NCBI GenBank assembly: GCA_026416845.1
Contig: JAOAEL010000002.1
Location: 111,422-175,421 of the forward strand
DNA length: 64,000 bases
From: Patescibacteria group bacterium
GTDB taxonomy: Bacteria; Patescibacteriota; Microgenomatia; UBA8517
Reading direction: 5' to 3'
Of the stretch, positions 11,100 through 20,791 are shown piece after piece (position 1 is the stretch's first letter; each line of letters starts with the position of its first letter). The notes under the pieces were generated by a model that was given only the letters and a program-made list of their open reading frames with translations, was not told the DNA's origin and searched no databases. A program made the translations under genes and the position numbers.

Positions 11100-11136
11100 A
11101 TTGAATTAACTAAATTTCTTCAATAACAAATATTCG

Positions 11137-12249
11137 CTAACGAGATTGAGAGATATCTTGAAAAAATTGTTCTATACTCCCAGCCGAAATTAGTCTTTGT
11201 ATATCATAAGCGGTAATTGCAAAAAGCAATGTTAAAAGCAAGGCCATTCCCACAGTATGCGCGATAGATTCTATCTTAGGTAAAAACTTTTTACCAAAAA
11301 CACTTTCGATTAAGATAAAAAGCAGTCTCCCACCATCCAAAGCAGGAAATGGCATTATATTAAGAATCGCCAGATTCACAGATAAAATAGCAATAAAATT
11401 GACAAAAGCCAAAACACCATAATTTGCCGCTTGAGAAGTTAAAGCATAAATACCAACAGGACCTGTAATGTCTCTAGGAACTATACCTAAAAAAAGCTCG
11501 GAAATCATCTTACCAAAACCAAAAACAACAACCATGCCCCAAAATACGGCTTCTTTGACACCATAGTAAATTCCATAAAAAGGCATTTGCCAAATAGGCG
11601 GAAAATAGTTCTCAGCCGAATTAATCAGAACACCCAAAGGCCCTTCATTCTCAGGCGGGTTAGCCCGAGCCATGACATTTTCTATTGTGACAATTTCTCC
11701 TGAAGGTTTTTTTACTTTTAAATCAATTTCTGAACCTTTTTTTGACTGCATTGTTTTTATAAACTCAGCATTTGTATAAACAGGCTGATTGTCTATCTCT
11801 AACAAAACATCATCTTTAGAAATACCGGCATAAGCGGCAGGAGATTCTTCTGCGACCTCTAAAACCTTGACTTCTCCAGTCTCCCTAGGCACTCCGGTAA
11901 AAGAATAAGTAATAGAAAAAAGAAAAACGGCAAGCAGAAAATTCATTACAACGCCTGCAATCACAATTGAAATCCTAGTCAACTTACCTTTATTAAGAAA
12001 AGACCTTTTAGGATCGATAACTTCATCTTCACTGGTTTCTCCATGAAGCCTTACAAAACCACCAAAAGGAAGCAAATTAATTGAATAAATTGTTTCGCCA
12101 ATTTTTTTGCCCCACACCCTAGGGGGAATTCCAAATCCAAATTCTTCAACCTTTACTCCAGATTTGATTGCGGCTAAAAAATGACCAAGTTCATGAATTA
12201 AAACCAGTATCGAAAGAACTAGTAAAAATAAAATTATTTGAGTTACCAT
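11137..12249 (-). CDS. rseP: RIP metalloprotease RseP (site-2 protease, M50 with PDZ)
   Basis: HELGHFLAA HExxH in first TM, PDZ-like middle region, C-terminal LDGG motif (MPFPALDGGRLL); probable start MVTQIIL at 12249. Confidence 0.8.
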   Translation of the reverse strand: MVTQIILFLLVLSILVLIHELGHFLAAIKSGVKVEEFGFGIPPRVWGKKIGETIYSINLLPFGGFVRLHGETSEDEVIDPKRSFLNKGKLTRISIVIAGVVMNFLLAVFLFSITYSFTGVPRETGEVKVLEVAEESPAAYAGISKDDVLLEIDNQPVYTNAEFIKTMQSKKGSEIDLKVKKPSGEIVTIENVMARANPPENEGPLGVLINSAENYFPPIWQMPFYGIYYGVKEAVFWGMVVVFGFGKMISELFLGIVPRDITGPVGIYALTSQAANYGVLAFVNFIAILSVNLAILNIMPFPALDGGRLLFILIESVFGKKFLPKIESIAHTVGMALLLTLLFAITAYDIQRLISAGSIEQFFQDISQSR

Positions 12250-12358
12250 GTTAAAACCAAATGCAGTAAAATTGTAAAACAAAACCAAAACACAAAAAAG
12301 ACCTAAACCGAAAATAATGACAAAGCAAGACTTAACGTATTTTTACATTATTCCAAAA

Positions 12359-12916
12359 TCAGATTTGAAGCAAATCTTGTTCCTTTAATCTGCCAATCTC
12401 TTCAATTTTTGCCGTAAATCTATCTGTAATATTCTGAAGTTCTTTTTCTTTTGCAAATCTTTGATCTTCAGATAGCTCTTTATTTTCAAAAGCTTGTTTT
12501 ATTTCTTTCATGAAATCACCTCTTACCTGACGAATAGCAACTTTTGCACTTTCAAGTCTAGTATGCAAAAGTTTAACATATTTTTCACGATCTTCCGATG
12601 TCAAAGGGGGAAAAGAAATTCGTATCAAATCACCATCTATGACCGGATTCATCCCAAGATTGGCTTCTAGAATTCCTTTTTTTATATCTCCAATAATTGA
12701 CTTGTCCCAAGGTGAGATTACCAGAGTTCGAGCGTCTTGGACAGTAATTGTCGCCAATTCCTGAACTTTCAGATTCTGTGTCCCGCCATAAGCAGGGCAA
12801 ACTATATTTTCAACTAAAGCGGAAGTGACGCGACTTGTCCGAAATGAACCCAAATCAGAAACCAATTCATCTATAACAAACTGCATTCTTGCATTTATCG
12901 CTGAAGAATCATTCAT
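12359..12916 (-). CDS. frr: ribosome recycling factor
   Basis: 185 aa; characteristic Frr sequence throughout (…LRTGRANP-like, …RLKEQDLLQI C-term region). Confidence 0.9.
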   Translation of the reverse strand: MNDSSAINARMQFVIDELVSDLGSFRTSRVTSALVENIVCPAYGGTQNLKVQELATITVQDARTLVISPWDKSIIGDIKKGILEANLGMNPVIDGDLIRISFPPLTSEDREKYVKLLHTRLESAKVAIRQVRGDFMKEIKQAFENKELSEDQRFAKEKELQNITDRFTAKIEEIGRLKEQDLLQI

Positions 12917-12952
12917 GGGTTAATTTAAAATTAATTCACCAAAAACAAAAAA

Positions 12953-13414
12953 TCAATCTCCTCCAAGTTCAATTCTCCAAATTCTGGAAACCCTGCAATT
13001 TTCACCTGTTTTTGCTATTACTTCTCGCACCAATTCTGAGACTTTTTTAGATGGATCTTTAATGTAATCTTGATTTAAAAAATCTTGAACACTTTTGGCA
13101 GGGAAAGAAGCTAGTTGTAAAGCAAGATTATGAGCCATTTCGCGAAAAATATCATTTTTTGCAACAAAATCAGTTTCACACAAAACTTCAACAACTGAAG
13201 CAATTTTACCAGAATGGTGAACATAAACTTCAATCAAACCTTCATGAGTTGCTCTATCTAATCTTTTCTCAGCTTTTTCAAAACCTTCTTTCCTCAAAAC
13301 TTGCTCTGCTTTTTCCACATCACCATTTAACTCATCTAAAACTTTTTTTACCCGCATAATAGGGGCACCAGTTTTTTCTCGTAAACTCAAAAGCTGATCG
13401 CGAGATACTTTCAT
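12953..13414 (-). CDS. tsf: translation elongation factor Ts (short form)
   Basis: 153 aa; N-terminal UBA-like LREKTGAPIMRVKKVLDELNGDVEKAEQVLRKEG; located between rpsB and frr as usual. Confidence 0.8.
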   Translation of the reverse strand: MKVSRDQLLSLREKTGAPIMRVKKVLDELNGDVEKAEQVLRKEGFEKAEKRLDRATHEGLIEVYVHHSGKIASVVEVLCETDFVAKNDIFREMAHNLALQLASFPAKSVQDFLNQDYIKDPSKKVSELVREVIAKTGENCRVSRIWRIELGGD

Positions 13415-13449
13415 ACTTAATTGTTAATTAAATTATCTGAAAAACGTTA

Positions 13450-14208
13450 TTAACTTTCAATTTTCAAATTTTGATTGCCAGATTGAAAAATTTCATTTTT
13501 TTGTTTTCCGAAATTTTTTTCTTCTGCTTGAACCTTAGCAAAAACTTCTTTAACTTTATCTAAAATAAATCCTAACGAACGAGTAGAATCATCGTTCATT
13601 GGTATCAAGTAATCACAATCTTCAGGATTGGAATTTGAATCAACAACACCAACAATAATCCTTCCCGATTCTTTAGCTTCCTTAACCGCACAGCTTTCTC
13701 TTTTTGTATCAACAATAAAAATTATATCTGGTAAAGATTCTATGCCTACTAAACCACCTAATGTTTTTTCCAACCTTGAAATTTCTTTTTCTATCAAAAG
13801 CTTTTCCTTTTTGGTACGATCCTTAAAAACTCCTTGCTTAAACTTTAACTTTAAATCAACAAGCCTGTTTGACGAACGTTTTATTTGCTCAAAATTAGTA
13901 AAAGTACCTCCTAACCAACGTTTGTTAACATAGAAGCTTTTAGTAAACTCTGCAACCTCTTTAATCTTATCCTGAACTTGCCTTTTTGTCCCCACAAACA
14001 AAACAGATTTACCTTTTTTATATGACTCTGCTAAAAAATCTAATGCTTCTTCAATTTTAGTTTTTGTTTTAGTCAAATCAAATATGTGCACACCATCTCT
14101 CACACCATACAAATAGGGAGCCATTTTAGGGTTCCACTTGCGTGCTTGGTGGCCAAAATGAGCCCCAGCTTTGACTAAATCTTCAAGTGTAATGTTTACA
14201 TTTATCAT
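13450..14208 (-). CDS. rpsB: 30S ribosomal protein S2
   Basis: LVKAGAHFGHQARKWNPKMAPYLYG… canonical S2 N-terminus; rpsB-tsf-frr order. Confidence 0.9.
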   Translation of the reverse strand: MINVNITLEDLVKAGAHFGHQARKWNPKMAPYLYGVRDGVHIFDLTKTKTKIEEALDFLAESYKKGKSVLFVGTKRQVQDKIKEVAEFTKSFYVNKRWLGGTFTNFEQIKRSSNRLVDLKLKFKQGVFKDRTKKEKLLIEKEISRLEKTLGGLVGIESLPDIIFIVDTKRESCAVKEAKESGRIIVGVVDSNSNPEDCDYLIPMNDDSTRSLGFILDKVKEVFAKVQAEEKNFGKQKNEIFQSGNQNLKIES

Positions 14209-14384
14209 AAAAAACCAATCACTGTATTTTACTCAAAAACACACATTACTTGCAACACCAAACAATCAACTATAAAAACACAAATCTAAAATAAATAATC
14301 ACACGTACACAAATAAAGAAACATCTGCCCAACTACCAAAGAAATGTCTCCAACAAAGAGTACAAAAGACTAATTTTTTCACCT

Positions 14385-15221
14385 TTATTTCCACCTTAAA
14401 CATGACTCCAGCAAATTTTCCATCAAACAAGCTATTGTAACCGGCCCAATGCCACCGGGAACTGGAGTGACAAAACTGCACCTCTCATAAGCATCCTTTT
14501 GCAAATTGCCAACAGGAGCGCCTACATCTATCACAATTGCCCCTTTTTTGATCATATCCTTTGAGATTATATTTGGTTTATTTGCGGCGCATATCAAAAT
14601 ATTTGCTCTTTTCGTAAAAAACTTTAAATCAAAATTGTCAAATTCTTGGAGATCAACATCCACCCCTACTACCTCGTAACCTTCCTTTTCTAAAACTCTT
14701 ACAATTTTTCTGCCTACAAATCCATTAGCGCCAACAAGAGTCAATTCTTTTGCAATGCCAGTTTTAGAAATTGTCGAATTGACATGTCTTGATTCATTTA
14801 AAGCAGTAATTATTGCCTTGACCACCGGCACCACATAAAAACTGTCATCACGCATGCCATCAACATCCTTTTGGGGCAAGATGCAATTTATAATCTCATC
14901 TCTATCACCCAGAGAAAAATTTGCTGGCAATGGCAGTTGCAACATAATACCATCAACCTCTTTGTTGCTATTTAATTTAACAATCAGCTCTTTGATAGTA
15001 TCTTTACTAATTCCTTCATCAAGGCTTTCAATGCTTAATTCGGCGCCTACCCTATCCGCAGCTTTTTGTTTCATGCGCTGGTACATTATTGCGTTCTCTT
15101 CATCGCCTACAACGATAGACACCAGCTTTGGAGTTTTTCCTGTCTTTTTAATTTTTTCAGCAACTTCTTGCTCTATTTCCCAAGCTTTTGCCTTTCCATC
15201 AAATATATTATTCATTTTCAA
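14385..15221 (-). CDS. folD: bifunctional methylenetetrahydrofolate dehydrogenase/cyclohydrolase
   Basis: 278 aa; FolD-like N-terminus (DGKAKAWEIEQEV…), …VGDEENAIMYQRMKQKAADRVG…, Rossmann-like C-terminal half. Confidence 0.85.
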   Translation of the reverse strand: MKMNNIFDGKAKAWEIEQEVAEKIKKTGKTPKLVSIVVGDEENAIMYQRMKQKAADRVGAELSIESLDEGISKDTIKELIVKLNSNKEVDGIMLQLPLPANFSLGDRDEIINCILPQKDVDGMRDDSFYVVPVVKAIITALNESRHVNSTISKTGIAKELTLVGANGFVGRKIVRVLEKEGYEVVGVDVDLQEFDNFDLKFFTKRANILICAANKPNIISKDMIKKGAIVIDVGAPVGNLQKDAYERCSFVTPVPGGIGPVTIACLMENLLESCLRWK

Positions 15222-15310
15222 ACAATAAACTCAGATATTTGTTGCATATGTTAGAAAATTAACTAAAATTTATTTTTTTGTTTATAATTCCCTTTAGGAA
15301 AGATAGAGAA

Positions 15311-16627
15311 TCAATCTTCGGGCAAAGGGTAATTTTTGCACAAATTCTCAACTTCTTTTCTAATGCTTAATAAAAACTTATCTTTTTGTATTTTGTTTTT
15401 AAAACTAACCAAAAATTCTGATCTTAAATTCGAATCAAGAGGCATTGTGTGTTCTTTCACATGGTCTATGATTTTTACTATCCATTCAGCAATCATTTTC
15501 ATTTGCAAATCCTTCATCCCTCTTGCTGTGATTGCCGGAGTTCCCAAACGAATTCCCGATGGATAAAAAGGAGATGCAGTTTCAAAAGGAACAGTATTTC
15601 TATTAACAATAATTCCAGCTATTTCAAGAGCGTTGGCAACAATCCACCCATTTGTGTTTCTGTTTCTTAAATCCACCAGCACTAAATGTTTATCCGTACC
15701 GCCACTTACAACATTCAATTCCTTGCCTATGAAATATTCAGCAAGCACCTGCGCATTTTTGATAACCTGATCGGCATATTTCCTAAAAGCGACCGACCTT
15801 GCCTTTTCAAGCGCGATGGCTACTCCCGCTATTGAATGCATATGTGGGCCACCCTGCAAACCCGGAAAAACGCCAAAGTCAATTTTTTCAGCAAGATGTT
15901 TTTTGCAAAATATCAAAGCCCCTTTTGGGCCACGAAGAGTTTTGTGCGTAGTCATAGTCACAACATCAGCATACTCAAACGGAGAATTGTTCACCCTAGC
16001 CGCTATCAATCCTGCTTCGTGAGACACATCTGCCAAATAATAAGCTCCCACTTTTTGGGCTATCGCGCCAAGATATTCATGGTTAATTTGCCTTGGATAA
16101 GCAGTGCCACCTGAAATTATCATTTTTGGTTTTATGATATTTGCCTGTTTCTCAATTGCTTCATAATTTAAAAGTTGCGTTTTTTCATCCACTTTGTAAA
16201 AACTCACGTCAAAAATCTTGGAGACTAGGGTTATCTTTCTATCAGAAGTATGCCAACCATGAGACAAATGACCTCCGTCTGGCAAAAACATAGACATTAT
16301 CTTGTCTCCAGTATCCAAAATCGCGTTATATACTGCTAAATTTGCTTCCGCTCCGGAATGAGCTTGAACATTTACATGCCAATTTGCATCAGATAAACCA
16401 AATGCCAAAAGCGCGTTTTGTTTGCAAACAAGCTCAATTTCATCAATTACCTGATTTCCCTGATAATAACGCTTTTTAGGCTGGCCCTCGGCGTACTTGT
16501 GCATTAGAAAGGAACCAACAGCTTTATAAACTGCAGAATAAGTATAATTCTCTGATGGAATCATCATCAAAGTATTTTGTTGTCTTATTTGTTCTTTTTT
16601 AATCAGATCAAGGATTCTATTTTTCAT
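15311..16627 (-). CDS. glyA: serine hydroxymethyltransferase
   Basis: 438 aa; MMIPSENYTYSAVYKAVGS…; PLP-lysine region TTHKTLRGPKGA. Confidence 0.9.
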   Translation of the reverse strand: MKNRILDLIKKEQIRQQNTLMMIPSENYTYSAVYKAVGSFLMHKYAEGQPKKRYYQGNQVIDEIELVCKQNALLAFGLSDANWHVNVQAHSGAEANLAVYNAILDTGDKIMSMFLPDGGHLSHGWHTSDRKITLVSKIFDVSFYKVDEKTQLLNYEAIEKQANIIKPKMIISGGTAYPRQINHEYLGAIAQKVGAYYLADVSHEAGLIAARVNNSPFEYADVVTMTTHKTLRGPKGALIFCKKHLAEKIDFGVFPGLQGGPHMHSIAGVAIALEKARSVAFRKYADQVIKNAQVLAEYFIGKELNVVSGGTDKHLVLVDLRNRNTNGWIVANALEIAGIIVNRNTVPFETASPFYPSGIRLGTPAITARGMKDLQMKMIAEWIVKIIDHVKEHTMPLDSNLRSEFLVSFKNKIQKDKFLLSIRKEVENLCKNYPLPED

Positions 16628-16648
16628 AATCAGCCGGTTTTTAGAATA

Positions 16649-16882
16649 TTATTCTACCAATTGCCCTCTGAAAATTTTTTTAATCTCCACATTTGATTTG
16701 CCATCTTGGTAAGCTCTATATGCTTTTTCTAGTCTATCAGAAGCATTTCTTCTGATTTTTGAATAAGTTCTTGGACATGCAACAACATCAATAAATATGC
16801 CATGCAAAAGATCGCCAAAATGGGAAAAGAAAAAGAAAGCTCTGCTTTTAACTTTCTTATTTCCTAAAATGCCAATCATCAA
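16649..16882 (-). CDS. small hypothetical protein (doubtful)
   Basis: 77-aa ORF between glyA and tdk, no motif; could be non-coding. Confidence 0.2.
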   Translation of the reverse strand: MMIGILGNKKVKSRAFFFFSHFGDLLHGIFIDVVACPRTYSKIRRNASDRLEKAYRAYQDGKSNVEIKKIFRGQLVE

Positions 16883-16907
16883 AGGTAATTATAATGCCAA
16901 AAATCCT

Positions 16908-17507
16908 CTACCACAATTTTTTATATGGAGAATTAAGCACAATATGATGATTTGCGCACCTTGGAGCATATGACTCGGAAGCACCAATTAAAATCACAGG
17001 TTCATCCCAACTAGGATATTGTCCGTTAATCAATCTTTGGGTCCTTGAGGCCTCCATACCACATACTTTTCCATCAAAATCATAAGTACAAACAGCATAC
17101 AGCACAGTAATCTTATCAGCCATGCCCAACAATGCGGGCATCGGGCCAAAACCTTCATGTCTAAAATCATTCTGTAATCCAGCTAAATAAACACGAATAC
17201 CATTTCTTAAAATTACTTTTACAACATCTGGCAAATCAGAACCGAAAAATTGGGCTTCGTCAATCAATATAGCAGATATACGCTCACTAAGATAATTAAA
17301 TATTTGTTCCGGTTGTTGAAAATCAATTTGAATCGCCTGCAATCTTTCTCCATTATGATTCATAATTTCTTTCGATCTTGTATCGTTGCTTGGCTTAAAA
17401 GCCATTACACTGTTACCTGCAAACTCTTCTCGCTTGCCAAGACGCATTAACTCCGTAGTTTTGCCTGCAAACATACATCCAGTAACAACATGAAGTCTTT
17501 CACTCAT
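16908..17507 (-). CDS. tdk: thymidine kinase
   Basis: Start at MSERLHVVTGCMFAGKTTELMRLGKRE (P-loop); C-terminal zinc ribbon-like region; ORF extends to 17525. Confidence 0.85.
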   Translation of the reverse strand: MSERLHVVTGCMFAGKTTELMRLGKREEFAGNSVMAFKPSNDTRSKEIMNHNGERLQAIQIDFQQPEQIFNYLSERISAILIDEAQFFGSDLPDVVKVILRNGIRVYLAGLQNDFRHEGFGPMPALLGMADKITVLYAVCTYDFDGKVCGMEASRTQRLINGQYPSWDEPVILIGASESYAPRCANHHIVLNSPYKKLW

Positions 17508-17635
17508 AAGATAAAATCTATTCAAAAAAAATCTACAAAAAGCAATATATCAATTTTGTAAATTTCTATCATCCAATTAACAATAACAACTTAAATCAAA
17601 ATTGCAATTTGTTTTTCCCAAACCTATTTTAAAGA

Positions 17636-19696
17636 TTAATTTGGTTCAGCTAGCTTATTCTCAACCTGTTGAGCCTCTAAAGGATTTTTCCAACTCGCAA
17701 AATCGCAATCAGGATATCTACTACACCCAAAAAAGTTTCTGCCTCTTTTTGTTTTCTTTGCCACAATTTCACCTATTGTACATTTTGGACATTTCATGTC
17801 AATTTTATTCATAAGCTTTTCCGTATATTTGCAATCAGGGAAGCGATTGCAAGAGATGAATTTGCCAAACCTGCCAGTTCTGATAACAAGCTTGCCTTCA
17901 AAACATGAAGGACACTGTCTTTCAAGCTCTTCAATCGCCACTTTAACTTTTTCTGCTTTTTCCTCAGCTTCAACAAGATTCTTGCTAAATGACTGCCAAA
18001 AAGATTGCATCATTTTATGCCATTCCACATTGCCCCTTGCTACATCATCTAAACCTTGCTCCATTTCAGCGGTAAACGAATATTCGAGTTCTTTGGGGAA
18101 ATTTTTCACCAAAAACTCGTTGGCTGCCACGCCAATAGCTGTAGGTTTAAACTTGCCTTCATCTTTCTCCACATATCCGCGCAATTGAATAGTGGTAATT
18201 ATAGGAGCATAGGTTGAAGGTCTGCCTATGCCTAATTTTTCTAGAGTTTTTATAAGTGAAGCCTCATTATATCTAGGTGGCGGTTGGGTAAACTTTTGGT
18301 TTGATACAACTTTAATTAATAAAAGCTCTTGCCCTTTTTCCAATTTTGGCAATTCTTGGTATTGATCTAACAAGTTTTGTTCATCTACAGAAAGTTGCCT
18401 TCCCTTGTTCAGTTTTTTATCAGGGTTTTCAACGGGAAAAAGTTTTCTCCATCCGTCAAATTTCATAATTTGTCCAGAAGCGCGCAAAAGGTAATTTGTT
18501 TTGGTATTATCTAATTTTTCAAACTTTGCCATAACATCAATCACTGTCTCGTCATAAATAGCATCCGTCATTTGCGAAGCGATAAATCTTTTCCAAATTA
18601 GATCATAAAGTTTTCTCTCTGAAACATCATTTATTTTTTGCGATTCCAATCTTACATCAGTTGGTCGAATTGCCTCATGAGCTTCTTGCGCAGACTTGGA
18701 CTTTGTTTTATAAAAGCGGAAACCCTCGGTTGGTAAATACTCATAACCATACTTATCCTGAATAAATTCTTTGGCGGAAGTCAATGCTGTCACTGAAAGG
18801 TTTGTAGAATCTGTGCGATGGTAAGTGATTAATCCTTGCTCATAAAGTTTCTGTGCAACGCTCATAGTCCTTTTAGCGCTCCAAGAAAACAAACGCGCCG
18901 CGGCTTGAGTCATTGTTGAGGTTGTAAATGGAGGATAAGGTTTTTTCCTAACCTCTTTTCTTTTCAAATCAAAAACTTCATATTTAGATTGTTCTAATTC
19001 AGAAACTATTTTTTCCGCATATTCGGCATTATCAATCTTAACTTTTTCATTGTTAACTTTGACCAATCGGACCACAAAATTTGAAAGCTCCGATTCTGAC
19101 TGCCTTGCTTGCACCAAAGCTCCTATTTCCCAGTATTCAACAGGTTTAAAATTCTCTATCTCTTTTTCTCTTTCGACTATCAAACGCACTGCGACAGACT
19201 GGACCCTGCCAGCAGAAAGTCCGCGACGAACTTTCTTCCAAAGAAGTGGAGAAAGTTTGTAACCCACAATTCTGTCCAAAACTCTTCTGGCAATTTGCGC
19301 GTTAACAAGGTTGTCATTAACTTTATTGGGACGTTTTATCGCTTCCTCAACCGCATTTTTTGTAATCTCGTGAAAAAGAATTCTTTCTGAAACTTTTTTT
19401 GCCTTGTCAACTATTTCTTTTACATGACTGGCAATTGCTTCTCCCTCTCGATCTGGATCTGTAGCGATATAAACTTTGTCTGCTTTTTTAACTGCTTTTT
19501 TTATCGCTTCTATCTCTTTTTTTTTGTTATTCATCCACTGATAATCAGGTTCAAAATTATTCTCTATATCTATAGCAAATTTGTTTTTGGGAAGATCTTT
19601 AATATGACCCTTTGTAGCTTGAATCAAGTAATCGCTTCCTAAAAACTTGGATAAAGTCTTGGATTTCGTTGGCGATTCAACAATTATAAGATTCAT
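17636..19696 (-). CDS. topA: DNA topoisomerase I
   Basis: Toprim N-terminus MNLIIVESPTKSKTLSKFLG (start 19696 inside the 19735 ORF, which removes overlap with dprA); multiple C-terminal C4 zinc ribbons (CPSC…C…C, CPKC…C…C). Confidence 0.9.
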   Translation of the reverse strand: MNLIIVESPTKSKTLSKFLGSDYLIQATKGHIKDLPKNKFAIDIENNFEPDYQWMNNKKKEIEAIKKAVKKADKVYIATDPDREGEAIASHVKEIVDKAKKVSERILFHEITKNAVEEAIKRPNKVNDNLVNAQIARRVLDRIVGYKLSPLLWKKVRRGLSAGRVQSVAVRLIVEREKEIENFKPVEYWEIGALVQARQSESELSNFVVRLVKVNNEKVKIDNAEYAEKIVSELEQSKYEVFDLKRKEVRKKPYPPFTTSTMTQAAARLFSWSAKRTMSVAQKLYEQGLITYHRTDSTNLSVTALTSAKEFIQDKYGYEYLPTEGFRFYKTKSKSAQEAHEAIRPTDVRLESQKINDVSERKLYDLIWKRFIASQMTDAIYDETVIDVMAKFEKLDNTKTNYLLRASGQIMKFDGWRKLFPVENPDKKLNKGRQLSVDEQNLLDQYQELPKLEKGQELLLIKVVSNQKFTQPPPRYNEASLIKTLEKLGIGRPSTYAPIITTIQLRGYVEKDEGKFKPTAIGVAANEFLVKNFPKELEYSFTAEMEQGLDDVARGNVEWHKMMQSFWQSFSKNLVEAEEKAEKVKVAIEELERQCPSCFEGKLVIRTGRFGKFISCNRFPDCKYTEKLMNKIDMKCPKCTIGEIVAKKTKRGRNFFGCSRYPDCDFASWKNPLEAQQVENKLAEPN

Positions 19697-19706
19697 AATT
19701 TTGATA

Positions 19707-20786
19707 TTAACATTTCCTATAAATCCCGTTTCCAATATGCTTCACAATACCCTTCAACTCCATAACAGTTAATTTTTGCGATACCTCAGAGACTCTCAGA
19801 CCAATTATTCTCGATAATTCATCTAAATGAAGTGAATCAGAAACCAAAAGCGAATATATTTTTTCTTCTATTTCATCAGTTGGCAAGACACTGTGCACCT
19901 CACAAGAAAGAACACTTGTCGCACCAATATCGGCTATTATATCATGCGGTGAAACAGCAATTTGAGCTCCATTTTGTATCAGGTAATGCGAAGCTTGCGA
20001 ATAAACTGAGAATATTGAACCGGGAACAGCGTAAACAGTCCTTCCTTGATCTGCCGCATGGCTCGCTGTAAGCAATGTTCCACTTCTTTTTTCTCCTTCA
20101 ACTACCAAAACACCTTTTGAAAGACCCGAGATAATTCTGTTTCTTGCGGCAAAATTGGATCTAAAAGCGGGATACCCTAAGGGATACTCAGACAAAATTG
20201 CTCCATTTTCTATTATTTTCTTAGCAAGATTCAAATTGCCGGCGGGATAAATCCTATCAAGCCCGCAACCAATTACTGCTATTGTTCTGCCTTTATGTAA
20301 AATCGCAGTCTCATGAGCAATACTGTCAACACCAAAAGCAAGCCCGGAAACTATTGTTACACCAAATTCAACAAGACTTTTAGTAAAATGTTCCGCAACA
20401 TCGCGTCCGTAGTTAGTCATTTTTCTAGTTCCAATAACCGCAATGGAAGTAGAATCGGAAGGCAAAATTTTTCCTTTGCAATATAAAACAAAAGGGGCGT
20501 TGCTAATACTTTTTAGATTAAATGGGTAATTTGGATCTGATTTCGTAATAACTTCAATCCGCAATTCTGCAAGTTTCCTCAAATAATCATCTAGATCAAA
20601 TTTGTCTCTATGTCCGCAAAACTCTTCAACCAGTCTCTCAGATAAACCAGTTTTTACTAACTCGGACTTGGATGCCTTCCAAATTCTCTCTGGACTCTCA
20701 AAGTAATTTATAAGCGCTTCAATTTTAACGCTTCCAAACTGAGTAAAGGTAGAAAGGGCAACAAAATATTTCTCGTCTTGTGTCAC
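19707..20786 (-). CDS. dprA: DNA processing protein DprA/Smf
   Basis: 359 aa; DprA Rossmann-like core (…VIGTRKMTNYGRDVAEHFTKSL…GLAFGVDSIAH…), conserved dprA-topA adjacency. Confidence 0.85.
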   Translation of the reverse strand: MTQDEKYFVALSTFTQFGSVKIEALINYFESPERIWKASKSELVKTGLSERLVEEFCGHRDKFDLDDYLRKLAELRIEVITKSDPNYPFNLKSISNAPFVLYCKGKILPSDSTSIAVIGTRKMTNYGRDVAEHFTKSLVEFGVTIVSGLAFGVDSIAHETAILHKGRTIAVIGCGLDRIYPAGNLNLAKKIIENGAILSEYPLGYPAFRSNFAARNRIISGLSKGVLVVEGEKRSGTLLTASHAADQGRTVYAVPGSIFSVYSQASHYLIQNGAQIAVSPHDIIADIGATSVLSCEVHSVLPTDEIEEKIYSLLVSDSLHLDELSRIIGLRVSEVSQKLTVMELKGIVKHIGNGIYRKC

Positions 20787-20791
20787 AATTT

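Noticed and set aside
14299-14481. 60-aa ORF overlapping the 3' end of folD
   Set aside because: Overlaps the FolD C-terminus on the same strand in another frame; no support.
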